DNA of 64,000 nucleotides from Chiloscyllium plagiosum. Taxonomy: Eukaryota. The notes under the pieces are model-generated. The model searched no databases and was not told where the DNA came from. It worked only from the letters and a program-made list of their open reading frames with translations. Position numbers and translations under genes: made by a program. Below, in pieces: positions 51,306 through 63,095 of this stretch. The stretch spans positions 34,170,382-34,234,381 of the forward strand of contig NC_057720.1 of the NCBI RefSeq assembly GCF_004010195.1, read 5' to 3'. The number at the start of each line of letters is the position of its first letter. Positions within the stretch are counted from its first letter, which is position 1.

Positions 51306-52470
51306 TACAGTGTGGACTCTCAGCAATAGATGGCACTGTAGAGCAGATTAATTTTTTTCAGCTCATACAATCAGGCAATTGGAAAAAGTGGGAGGTAAAA
51401 AAGTGAGGAAATTCTAACTGAAAATACTGTTCCATTTATGTAAAATTTAGCTCCTATGAGCCTCTGTGTGGGTCATTTCCTTTTGAAGTCCTCTGTGCAT
51501 CTTATTTTCTCTAGCTCTGCAAAAATGTAAAAGTAAGGTGGCCATTTATTTCCATTTTGTGTCCACTGCTACACACTGACGAGTACAGGAATAATAAGAT
51601 AAGACCAGTGAATGCATGTCTGGAGGGAAGGCTTTAGATTCTTGCTGCATGGCCATCTGTTCAGGGGCAGGAGGGACCTGTACAAAGTGGAAGTGTGCAT
51701 TTTAATACAGCTGGGATCAATGTCTTTCTGTGAAATCTAAATGGTTAGCGTTCCCTTTCTCTTTATTAATTTATCCCCCCATCTTGACTCTTCTATTTTG
51801 ATTACTTATGGAAGAGTACCACCTCAACACCAATTCATGCTTCCCTTCAAATTATTTTTAAAGCCTAAATTCTGATTTCTGGACAAAATTCCATTCAGCC
51901 AGTTTTGGGTTCTCTCCATCTACCCCGATGCTATTTTTATTTTGCAGTCTGCTTCTCATTCTGTAAGCTTGCTCCTGACTCCCAAATTCAGCATTTCTCA
52001 TCTGATCTGTAACATCCTCACTCTTTCCAACAAGCATTTTCTGGACTACTATTAATGTTTCTCAGTTAGTCACTGTTCAGTCCTCATGCTCACTGTTTGC
52101 ACTATTGACAGCTGAGTTCTCCGTTTGGATTTCTATTATATCTATGTGACTGAGCACTATTAACTAAAATAAAATCCTCCTGTCACATGTATCTGGACCT
52201 TGGCACTCATTCTGGAGCAATCTCTAACTAATCCAATGTAATGTTTTCTTTAAGCATGACTTCCAGTATTTGCCCAATTGTGCGTCTCCACTGAGAGCCT
52301 TTTGTGATTCTTCCCAATCCTTTTCACATTTGTAGGTGTGTAACCCCTAACCGAGGACAAAGACTCAGGAGGCAAGCAGGATTCAGGCACGTGACAGATT
52401 TTATTCCTATTCAAGCAATCACCAGTTCATGCAAGATTTCTTGAATCTTGCTTTGACACAAGAACCTAGT

Positions 52471-54090
52471 TAGAGTCATAGAGATGTAGAGCATGGAAAA
52501 AAAACCCCTTTGGTCCATCTCATCCATGTCAACCAGATACCCTAAACTAATCTAGTCCCATTTGCCAGCCCTTGGCCTATATTTCTCTTAAGCCCTTCCT
52601 ATTCATATATCCATCCAGGTGCCTATTCTATGTTGTAACTGTGCTAGCCTCCATCACTTCCTCTGGCAGCTCTTTCCAAACATGCACCACTCTCTGCCTG
52701 AAAAGGTTGCCCCTTAGGTCCCTTTTTAATTTTTCCCCTCTGACCCCACACCTATGCCCTCTAGTTCTGGACTCCCTCATCCCAGGGAAAAGACTTTGTC
52801 TATTTATCCTATCCGTGCCCCTCATGATTTTATAAACCTCTATAAGGTCACCACTTAGCCTCTGATGCTCCAGGGAAAACAGCCCTAGCCTATTCAACTT
52901 CTCCCTATAGCTCAAATCCTCCAACCCTGGCAGAAAATATTTTCTTGTAAATATTTTCTGAACTCTTTCAAGTTTCACAACATCCTTCTGATAGGAGGGA
53001 GACCAGAATTGCACACAATATTCCAAAAGTGGCTTAACTAATGTCCTGTACAGTTGCAACATGACCTCCCAACTCCAATACGCAATGCTTTGACCAATAA
53101 AGGAAAGCATACCAAATTCTGCCTTCACTATCCTATCTACCTGCGACCCTACTTTCAAGGAACTATGAACTTGCGCTCCAAGGTCTGTTTGTTCTGCAAC
53201 ACTGCCTAGGATCTTACCATTAGGTGTATAAGTCCTGCTGTGATTTGCCTTTGCAAAATTCCACACCTCACATTTATCTGAATTAGACTGCTTCTGCCAC
53301 TCTTCAGCCCATTGGTCCATCTGATCAAGATCCTATTGTACTCTGAGGTAACCTTCTTCGCTGCCCACTACACCTCCAATTTTGGTGTCATCTGCAAATT
53401 TACTAACTATACCTCCTACGTTCACATCCAAATCATTTATCTAAATAATGAAAAGCAGTGGACCCAGCACTGATCCTTATGGCACTCCAGTGGTCACAGG
53501 CCTCCAGTCTGAAAGGCAACCCTCCATCACCACCCTCTGTCTTCTACCTTTAAGCCAGTTCTGTATCCAAATGGCTAGTTCTTCATGTATTCCATGAAAT
53601 CTAACCTTGCTAATCAGTCTCCCATGGGAACCTTGTCGAACGCCTTACTGAAGTCCATCTAGATCACATCTACTGCTCTGCCTTCATCAATCCTCTTTGT
53701 TACTTCTTCAAAAATTCAATCAAGTTTGAGAGACATGATTTCCCATGTACAAAGCCATGTTGATTATCCCTAATCCTTGCCTTTCCAAATACATGTAAAT
53801 TCTGTCCATTAGGATTCCCTCCAATAATCTGATGTCAGGCTCACTGGTCTATAGTTCTCTGGCTTTTCCTTACCACTTAAAAGTGGCACCAATTTAGCCA
53901 ATTTCTAGTCTTCTGGCACCTTACCTGTGATTATCAATGATTCAAATATCTCAAAGGGGTCCAGCAATCACTTCCTTAGATTCCCACAGCATTGTAGGGT
54001 ACACCTGATCAGAACCTGGGGATTCATCCACGTTTATGCATTTTACAACATTTATCACCACCACCTCTGTAATATGGACATTTTTTCAAG
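52471..54090 (-). mobile_element. CR1/HER1 RT to 3' end
   Basis: 230-aa ORF 52628..53320 with LEYCVQFWSP and RTRGH, upstream DFSKAFDKVP and FADDTK, and a TATGACTC tail. Confidence 0.92.
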
Positions 54091-54261
54091 GTTCTCATTC
54101 TCTTAATGTTCAGCTCCGATCGGAAGAGAGATCAATGGTGCAGTGACTGTTTACAGTGAGATACCATATTTTATACATTGTGTTACAGTAATCACATACA
54201 ATCTGGTTATTGTGCCCTTCCCCTTAATCTATACATCCAATCCTGTAAATCATCTAATCAA

Positions 54262-54537
54262 TGATTGACATTGCAGAACGTTTCAGAGAACATCTCTGGG
54301 ACACCTGGACCAACCAACCCAACCACCCAGTGGCTCAACACTTCAACTCCCTCTCCCACTCCACCAAGGACATGCAGTTTATCTTAGCCTGCTTGGCACA
54401 CTTTCCTCATTCCTGAAGAAGGGCTCATGCCCGCAATGTCGATTCTCCTGCTCTATGGATGCTCCCTGACCTGCTGCGCTTTTCCAGCAACACATTTTCA
54501 GCTCTGATCTCCAGCATCTGCAGTCCTCACTTTCTCC
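54262..54537 (+). mobile_element. Penelope GIY-YIG-region fragment plus pLTR
   Basis: AERFREHL...PVAQHFN-coding segment fused to a pLTR with CTGAAGAAGGGCTCATGCCC. Confidence 0.8.
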
Positions 54538-54752
54538 ATTGTAATCTCCAAGCCTTGGGATCCTTCTATGCATCCTATTAATTCACATTCCAAGTTTATT
54601 AGTTATACTTTGTCCCAGACTTGATTATCTCTAAGGTCTGCTTGAATTCTGGTGACCATTGTATTCCTTTGCTATCTCTATTAAATTCTGTTACTCCTCT
54701 TGTATTTTCCCAACTGTTGTAATTAAAGAGAAAATATAAAATAATACAAAAT

Positions 54753-54948
54753 AGGGGTAGGTTCTTTACCCAGAGAGTGGTGGGGGCATGGAATGCGCTG
54801 CCTGTGGGAGTGGCAGAGTCAGAATCATTGGTGACCTTTAAGCAGCAATTGGATAGGTACACGGATAGGTGCTTAAGCTAGGACAAATGTTCGGCACAAC
54901 AGCGTGGGCCAAAGGGCCTGTTCTGTGTTGTATTGTTCTATGTTCTAA
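54753..54948 (+). mobile_element. CR1 3' end
   Basis: FFTQRVVGAWNALP-coding segment and a TTCTATGTTCTA tail. Confidence 0.8.
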
Positions 54949-55487
54949 TCCCTTCTCAAAAGTACTATTGTTTCACTTAAATGCTGGAGCAGGCTTTTCA
55001 TTCTGCTTTAATCAGTTTGTCCACCATTTTGTGTCTTTCAAATGTGCCCCTTACAGTACTCACTAACCCTATTACTGCCGCATACTTATTCCTCTGTCGC
55101 CCTACTGTTTTCTTCCCTTATGTCCTTGTTTCTTTGTTTGTCTTCACCTTTCTCCTATTAGATTTCCTTTTGCTTATTCCTCCACCTCTTCGCCTTTGCT
55201 GCCCTCCCTTTCCTATTTTTCTTCTGCCTTTACATCCATATTTCTCCAAGTGTTATTCTCCTCTGCCTTAGGTTAGCATGGACGAGTTGGACTGAAGAGT
55301 CTGTTTCCATGCTGTACAACTCTATGACTCTATTGCCTTGTATTTGTATTTGTCTTTTCCTTCCCTCCCCCACTTGATAGAATTAGACTCTGATCTAATG
55401 TTTTGCTTCACTTGAATATTATACTGGAGCTTGTTATAATACTGGAGTGCCATTCTTTGTAATTTTAATAAAACCACTCCAGCTTTT

Positions 55488-57390
55488 TGGAGAAAGTGAG
55501 GATTGTAGATGCTGGAGAGTCAGAGTCAAAAAGGTGGTACTGGAAAAGCACAGCAGGTTAGGCAGCATCCGAGGAGCAAGAGTGTTTTTGTTTTGGGCAT
55601 AAGCCCTTAATCAGCAATGTGGGGGGGGGGGAAGGGGGGATGAGAGATAAATAGGGGTGTCGGGGTAGGGCTGGTGGGGGAAGGGGCGAAGGTAGGTGGG
55701 AAGACAATAGGTGGATGCAGGTAGGGGGCAATTACCAAAATCCATAAGCCTGACTGACCCAGTCGACCTCTTGTCTCCACTCGCTTCTGCCCTACTGAAC
55801 TCATATTTCGACTCTGTCCTGTCCCTCTTGGTCCAGAACTCCCCACATACGCTCGGGACAACACCCATGCCCCCCTCCTCCTCCATGACTTTCGATTCCT
55901 CGGATCCCAACACCTCATCTTCACCATGGACATCCAGCCCCTATATACCTCCACCCCCCAATGGCGAAGGTCTACAAGCTCTCTATTTCTTCCTCTCCCG
56001 CCAACCTCACCAGTCCCCCTCCACTGATATGCTCATTTGATTGGCAGAACTGGTCCTCACCCTCAACAACTCCTCCTTCAAATCCTCCCACTTCCAGCAG
56101 ACCAGAGGGGTCGCCATGGGCACGCGCACGGGCCTCAGCTATGCCTGCCTCTTCGTCAGGTACATACAGCAGTCCATCTTCCATAGTTACACCGGCACCA
56201 TCCGCTACATTGATAACTATATTGGCGCCACCTCATGCTTCCATGGGAAGATTGAACAATTTATCAACTTCAATACCTTCCACCCTGACCTCAAGTTCAC
56301 ATTGACCATCTCGGACACCTCCCTCCCCTGGAGCAATTCCACTCCAGGATATCCCAGATGTCATCCTATTTCAGGGACTGTAGTTTTCCTCCAATGTAAT
56401 CAACAATGTCCTCAACTTGCCACACCTCCGTCCTCAAACTCCACCCCTCCAACCACAAGGAGAGAACGGCTCCAGTACTCACCTTCCACCCCTCTAATCT
56501 CTGGATACAGTGCACTATCCTCTGCCATTTCCACCACCTACAGTCAGACCCCACCACCAGACATATATTTCCCTCCCCACCCCTATCTGCATTCCGCAGA
56601 GACCATTCCCTCCGCGACTCCCTCGTTAGGTCCACGTCCCCCTCCAACCCATCCTCCACTCCTGGCACCTTCCCTTGCCATGACAGGAGGTATAAAACCT
56701 GTGCCCACACCTCTCCCCTCACCTCCGTCCAAGGCCCCAAAGGATCTTTTCACATCCGGCAGAGATTTTCTTGCACATCCACCCACTTCATCTACAGTGC
56801 CCGTTATTCTCGATGTGGTTTCCTCTATATTAGGGAGACAGGATGCCAACTTGCAGAGCATTTCAGGGGCTATCTCTGGGATACGTGCACTAAACAACCC
56901 CACCTCCCTGTGGCAGACCAGTTCAACTCCCCTCTTCCACTCCCCTAAGGGCCTGCAAGTCCTGGGCTGCTTCCACCTCCAAATCAAATCTATCCACCAA
57001 CTGGAGGAAGAACACCTCCTCTTCCACCTCAGGACCCTTCAACCACATGGCATCAACATCGACCTCACTAGTTTCCAAATGTCCTCTTTCCCCATCCCCA
57101 CTTCATCCCAGATCCAACCCTCCAACCCGTCGCCATCGTCTTGATCTGTCCTACCTATCCATCATTCCCATCTATCCACTCCATCCTCCCCACCGACCTA
57201 TCACAATTCCGCCCCCCCACCTGCATCCACCTAATGCCTTCCTAGCTACCATCTGCCCCAGCCCCACCTCCACCCACTCCCCATTTATCTCTCAACCCCC
57301 TTTCCCCCCGCCATCATTCCTGATGGAGTGCTTATGCCCAAAATTTTGACTCCCCTGCTGCGTGGATGCTGCCTGACCTGCTGGGCTTTT
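55488..57390 (+). mobile_element. Penelope-like element (RT + GIY-YIG endonuclease, frameshifted) with inverted 5' pLTR
   Basis: RT peptide LVLTLNN...QTRGVAMGTR...RYIDN and endonuclease FSCTSTHFIY...CGFLYIRETG. A minus-orientation pLTR lies at 55488-55730 and a plus pLTR at ~57200-57390. Confidence 0.9.
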
Positions 57391-57731
57391 TGATACTTAA
57401 AAAAATTTGTATCGAACAAAATGTTAAAAAGATTACTGAGTGACATTTGGCTGAATTGCAGCAGCCTTTTGCTTCGTAATGACTGATAAGTCAGCAAACT
57501 CTGAAGATCAGATCTGAAGGGAGGGAAGATTGAAAGTCGATCAGGATTGTTTAATCTTTTCTGAGCAGTGAAATACTTAATTAAATATTTTCAGCATGTA
57601 AAGATACTTACATCTGCTGTATGGTGCGTTATCAAATGTTAGTTTTGGAAATTGGGATGTATTTTCAAAGTTCCTGGGAGGTGGTAATACTTTGAGAATT
57701 TTACTTCTGATCCATCTGCTGCCAGTTTCCA

Positions 57732-58033
57732 ACTGCTTCTGGAATTAAGGACACAGTAAGCACAAAGCCTTCCCTGTTGCTTGAATTCATGTGGAATGAA
57801 TCAAATTGGCTATTTGGTTCATGGCCATGATGCTGGGGACCTCTGGAAGAGTTGAAACTTTATTGCTGGAACAGCACAGCAGGTCAGGCAGCATCCAGGG
57901 AACAGGAGATTCGACTGCTTCTGGAATTAAGGACACAGTAAGCACAAAGCCTTCCCTGTTGCTTGAATTCATATGGAATGAATCAAATTGGCTATCTGGT
58001 TCATGGCCATGATGCTGGGGACCTCTGGAAGAG
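57732..58033. repeat. 120-bp direct duplication flanking a 62-nt pLTR fragment
   Basis: 57732-57851 equals 57914-58033 apart from 2 mismatches. The insert at 57852-57913 is pLTR sequence. Confidence 0.9.
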
Positions 58034-59574
58034 GCTGAGGGAGACTATTCATTCAATAGTTTTGGATAAAATGGTTGCAAATCCTCCACCCTTGTCTGTT
58101 ATATTCATTTGTTGAGTTCCACTATCCTTTAGGGTAAGGATATTTATGCAGACTGCTCCTCCTCATTGTCCACTGCCACTCTCTCAACTCTGTGGCAGGA
58201 CTGGAGTTCTTTGGTTTTTTTGGTTGTGGGATTACTTAGCTCTGTTCACTCTTGGTTGTCTAATCTTTTGGCATGAGGGGGCCACATTTTGATTTTTCTT
58301 TTATTCAGGCAAACCAGTAAGTACATTTCAGAAAGATGAGGTTTATTCAAACAGTATACATGAATTTTTGGGAAATTCAGACAATGAGGAAGGTCCTGTG
58401 TTGTGTAGCATTCCTCAGTTGTACATATGTCATTTGGCTATGTTTGTGCAAATCACCTGACATTTGCAGCAAGCAGTGCAACAAAGCTGAAAGTCTCAGG
58501 GAAGTTGTCTGCAATGAAATCCTTGGAGGCACCTATCAGTCAGAGGGACTCAGCACAGTTAGTTAAGTGCAACCTCCCATACTGGCCCCAGACTTTAGGC
58601 ACAGCCAAGAATCTGGTCAATGTGGCAGTGCAGGGAGCAGAGTCACGGTCAGTCTTTGTCTCCACAAGAACCAGTCCATGCGTGTGGGGAATGCCATCAA
58701 TGTCAGGGACATGATTGCCTGCCAGTTAAGGCTCTGGGTAGGTGAGGGTTAGTGCTGGCAGGTCAGGTCACTTGAGGGATGTGTTATGGTCATCCTGTTA
58801 CCTCTGTTATGGAAATTAAGGAGGAAGTGGGTGAAAGCAAGCAGTTCTAATTATATGCATGTGACTTGGATGGTGACCTGGGGAAGTGTGAAGCCTGTGG
58901 AGTTAATAGAATGGGAACCTAGAAAGAGGAAGCTATGATGGAAGGCTGCCTATCCTCCTTGCTGTAGAGATGGCACCAAGCTCGATAGCAGTCTGTGACC
59001 ACAGTGACATGGGATGGTGGTGTGGCCTCTTTTGCTGGTCCTACAGGAAAAGCACTCCTCTCCCCCACCCCATTCACAAGGACCGAGAAGTTCTTTCTGC
59101 CAAAAGCCCAGCTCGCAGATGGCAACCTTTCTGCAGGCACCCTGCAGGCTTTGAAAGATTGTGGGCCGGTTAAGGATGCTGGTCCAATGGAGGACCCTCA
59201 CTGAGCTGTGAGCTCCTCCAGAACAGGTCATGGTAAAATGGGTCAAAGATAGAGTGCGTTTCTTGCCCTGAGAACTCAAACAGCGATTAATGTGGTAAGT
59301 TTCAGATACAGTGAGGAGACACACTCTGCCTCCTTGTGAGAATCACTCAACCAAACTCAACGTGACTTGCACTGAGCCAAAAAATGGTAAGATTCATCCT
59401 CTTGTGAACAGATTGATTTATTTGTATCTCCCTGCTGAGGAGAATAAAAATGTGTGCAGCAATTAAATGCATTTACCTATCTTTTTATTTACATGAGTCT
59501 GCATTGTACTGCCTCAAGACTTTCAGGTTAGCTGATGTGATTGTTCGTTATTTACCTCATTGGTCTGTGTTACA

Positions 59575-59720
59575 ACTTTAAAAATCACACAACACCAGGT
59601 TATAGTCCAACAGGTTGCCATGAAGTGGAGGTGCCGATGTTGGATGAAGGAGCAGCACTCCGAAAGCTTGTAATTCGAAATAAACCTGTTGGACTATAAT
59701 TTGGTGTGTGATTTTTAACT
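59575..59720. mobile_element. Fold-back element of the second pLTR family
   Basis: Inverted arms TTAAAAATCACACAACACCAGGTTATAGTCCAACAGGTT / AACCTGTTGGACTATAA...GATTTTTAA, with central GATGAAGGAGCAGCACTCCGAAAGC. Confidence 0.7.
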
Positions 59721-60971
59721 CCATATTGCAACTGAACATGTAAAACACAAAAAGGCCACAAGGTGGCAACATGGTACTGAACATCAATTAAAAAGCAGTC
59801 AGTCAGTTGATGAAACAAAAACTGAAATTGCTGGCAAAACTCATGGCAGCATTTGTGGTAAGAAAGCACTTCAAGTCTCGTTACTCTTCATCAGAAATAA
59901 TGATGTTGCTTGAATCAATATTTCATTTTATATTCAAAAAGTGATCTAGAGACAGTTGAAGCCTGCAACGTTAAAGAGACAGTAAAGTATAAAATGATAG
60001 TTCAACCTCAGGTGACATATTTAGTCCAGTTCTGGGCATCATAATTTTGGAAGGCACGAGCATGGTGAAAAAAAAAAGGGAATAATTCAAGGAATGAGGA
60101 GCCTCATCTACATGGATAGATTGGAGAAGATCAAGAGGACAGTTGATAAATGGGTTCAAAGTCATGAAAGGCCTGACCTGTTGGTGGAAGGATTGAGAGC
60201 CAGATTTAAGGTGATTGACAAAACCTCCTTTATGCACCGGGTAGTTAGGATATGGAGAATGTTCGTGGCCCTGGGGTAGTATACCTGCCCTATGTCTGAC
60301 ATTCCTGGTTTGAGTCCAATGTAGGACCTGCTGGTCATGGAAGGCACATTTGTAATGGAGTTAAACAGGCTGATTATCAGGTTGTGAATCATTCCCATTT
60401 TTAGCCTATAGAACACAATTGCAAATCACTATTCTGTGGACCAATCCAATTAAAGTCCGTGACCCTGAATAAGAATTGCAGAATTATTATGGCACAAGAA
60501 GGAAGGCATTTGGCCCATCATTCCTTTCCTGGCTCTCCCAATGAGAATCACCCCCTGAAACAAAATCAGAGAAAAGACGGACAATTATAATCTAGATTGC
60601 ACTGCCTGCCAGTTTATGGTGGAGAAGGATTCAATATAGGCTTCAAAAGGAATTATTTACATGAGAATGCATTGTACTGCCTCAAGGCTTTCAATTTAGC
60701 TGATGTGATTGTTTGTTATTTACCTCAACAGTAGGAATGTCTGTATTCCAAAAGGAATTTGGTTAATTAACTTAAAAAAAACTGTTGCTACTTGCAAATA
60801 ACTGGCACCAAACAAATGGCTGAATGGCCACCTGCAATACTGTAACTGTTGTATCATTTTGTAGGGGTGATTAAGGGACAGAAAGCAAAGAACAGTGATG
60901 AGTTGTCATTTTACTGACTGGAGTGTTGTTAACAGTGGATCAATATTAGGACTATTGTTCTTTGGCAATAG

Positions 60972-62680
60972 ACAAGAGACAATAGGTGCAGGAGTAGGCC
61001 ATCTGCCCTTTGAGCCTGCACCACCATTCAGTATGATCATGGCTGATCATCCTTAATCAGTATCCTGTTCCTGCCTTATCTCCATAACCCTTGATTCCAC
61101 TATCCTTGAGAGCTCTATCCAAACTCTTTCTTAAATGGATTCAGAGACTGGGCCTCCACTGCCCTCTAGGGCAGAGCATTCCACACAGCCACCACTCTCT
61201 GGGTGAAGAAGTTTCTCTTCATCTCTGCCCTAAATGGTCTACCCCAGATTTTTAAGCTGTGTCCTCTGGTTCGGCACTCACCCATCAGCGGAAACATGTC
61301 TCCTGCCTCCAGAATGTCCAATCCTTTAATAATCTTATATGTCTTAATCAGATCTCCTCTCAGTCTTCTAAACTCAAGGGTATACAAGCCCAGTCGCTCC
61401 AGTCTTTCAGCGTAAGGTAGTCCCGCCATTCCAGGAATTGATCTTGTGAACCTATGCTGCACTCCCTCAATAGCCAGAATGTCTTTCCTCAAATTTGGAG
61501 ACCATAACTGCACACAGTACTCCAGGTGTGGTCTCACCAGGGCCCTGTACAGCTGCACAAGAACCTCTTTGCTTCTATACTCAATCCCTCTTGTTATGAA
61601 GGCCAGCATGCTATGAGCCTNNNNNNNNNNNNNNNNNNNNNNNNNNNNNNNNNNNNNNNNNNNNNNNNNNNNNNNNNNNNNNNNNNNNNNNNNNNNNNNN
61701 NNNNNNNNNNNNNNNNNNNNNNNNNNNNNNNNNNNNNNNNNNNNNNNNNNNNNNNNNNNNNNNNNNNNNNNNNNNNNNNNNNNNNNNNNNNNNNNNNNNN
61801 NNNNNNNNNNNNNNNNNNNNNNNNNNNNNNNNNNNNNNNNNNNNNNNNNNNNNNNNNNNNNNNNNNNNNNNNNNNNNNNNNNNNNNNNNNNNNNNNNNNN
61901 NNNNNNNNNNNNNNNNNNNNNNNNNNNNNNNNNNNNNNNNNNNNNNNNNNNNNNNNNNNNNNNNNNNNNNNNNNNNNNNNNNNNNNNNNNNNNNNNNNNN
62001 NNNNNNNNNNNNNNNNNNNNNNNNNNNNNNNNNNNNNNNNNNNNNNNNNNNNNNNNNNNNNNNNNNNNNNNNNNNNNNNNNNNNNNNNNNNNNNNNNNNN
62101 NNNNNNNNNNNNNNNNNNNNNNNNNNNNNNNNNNNNNNNNNNNNNNNNNNNNNNNNNNNNNNNNNNNNNNNNNNNNNNNNNNNNNNNNNNNNNNNNNNNN
62201 NNNNNNNNNNNNNNNNNNNNNNNNNNNNNNNNNNNNNNNNNNNNNNNNNNNNNNNNNNNNNNNNNNNNNNNNNNNNNNNNNNNNNNNGTCCTTCAGCCAC
62301 TGTTACCTCAGGGAGATTGCTTGTGTCTTCCCCAGTAAACACAGATCTGAAGTAACAATTCAATTCTTCTGCCATTTCTTTGTTCCCCGTAATATATTCC
62401 CCTTTTTCTGTCTTCAAGGGCCCAATTTAAGTCTTAACCATTTTTTTGCCTTTCACATACCTAAAAAAGCTTTTACTATCCTCCTTTGTATTTTTGGCCA
62501 GTTTACCTTTGTACCTCATTTATTCTCTGCGTATTTCCTTCTTAATAATCCTCTGTTGTTCTTTAAAAGCTCCCCAGTCCACCGTTTTCCCACTTATTTT
62601 TGCTATGTTATACTTTTTCTCTTTTAACTTTACATGTTTCTGAACTTCCCTCGTCAGCCACGGCCACCCATGCCTAACAA
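60972..62680 (-). mobile_element. Young CR1 ORF2 spanning an assembly gap
   Basis: Uninterrupted 147-aa ORF (LVRPHLEYCVQLWSP, FFTQRVVAVWNALP). The peptide EMAEELNCYFRSVFTGED lies on the other side of the gap. Confidence 0.9.
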
Positions 62681-62967
62681 TGACCTGGACTTTGGACTTG
62701 CACAAAATTTAAAAGTTTGGAGATGTATCAAACTTATAAATGTAGTAAATAAGCGAGGAGGCCAGTAACCATTATTTGGAGAATTGAGGAAGATTAATAA
62801 AATGGCTAGCTAGTACCTTGCAGATACAGCTAATGCAAATAAATAATGGATTTTTGGTAGGAAGAAGTAAGAGGCAATTTGAACTAAATGATGCAATTTT
62901 AAATATGCAAGAGAAGCAAGCTCTGGGTTGTGTGAATCTTTGAAGGTTACAAGACAAGTTTAGAAGG

Positions 62968-63095
62968 TAAAAACAAGGTCTGCACATGCTGGAAACCTGA
63001 GTCTGGATTAGAGTGGTGCTGGAAAAGCACAGCAGATTAGGCAGCATCCGAGGAGCAGGAAAATCAGCGTTTCGGGCAAAAGCCCTTCATCAGGG
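62968..63095 (-). mobile_element. Penelope pLTR fragment with hammerhead core
   Basis: The minus strand reads CTGATGAAGGGCTTTTGCCCGAAACGCT (cleavage triplet altered). Confidence 0.75.

Noticed and set aside
56041..57144. 367-aa ORF as a host gene
   Set aside because: The N-terminal part is Penelope RT. The remainder is an off-frame, Pro/Ser-rich read-through of the element.
7925..63095. Recurrent ~60-nt repeats as a CRISPR-like array
   Set aside because: They are dispersed in both orientations with no regular spacers or cas genes, in a vertebrate context. Penelope terminal repeats explain them.
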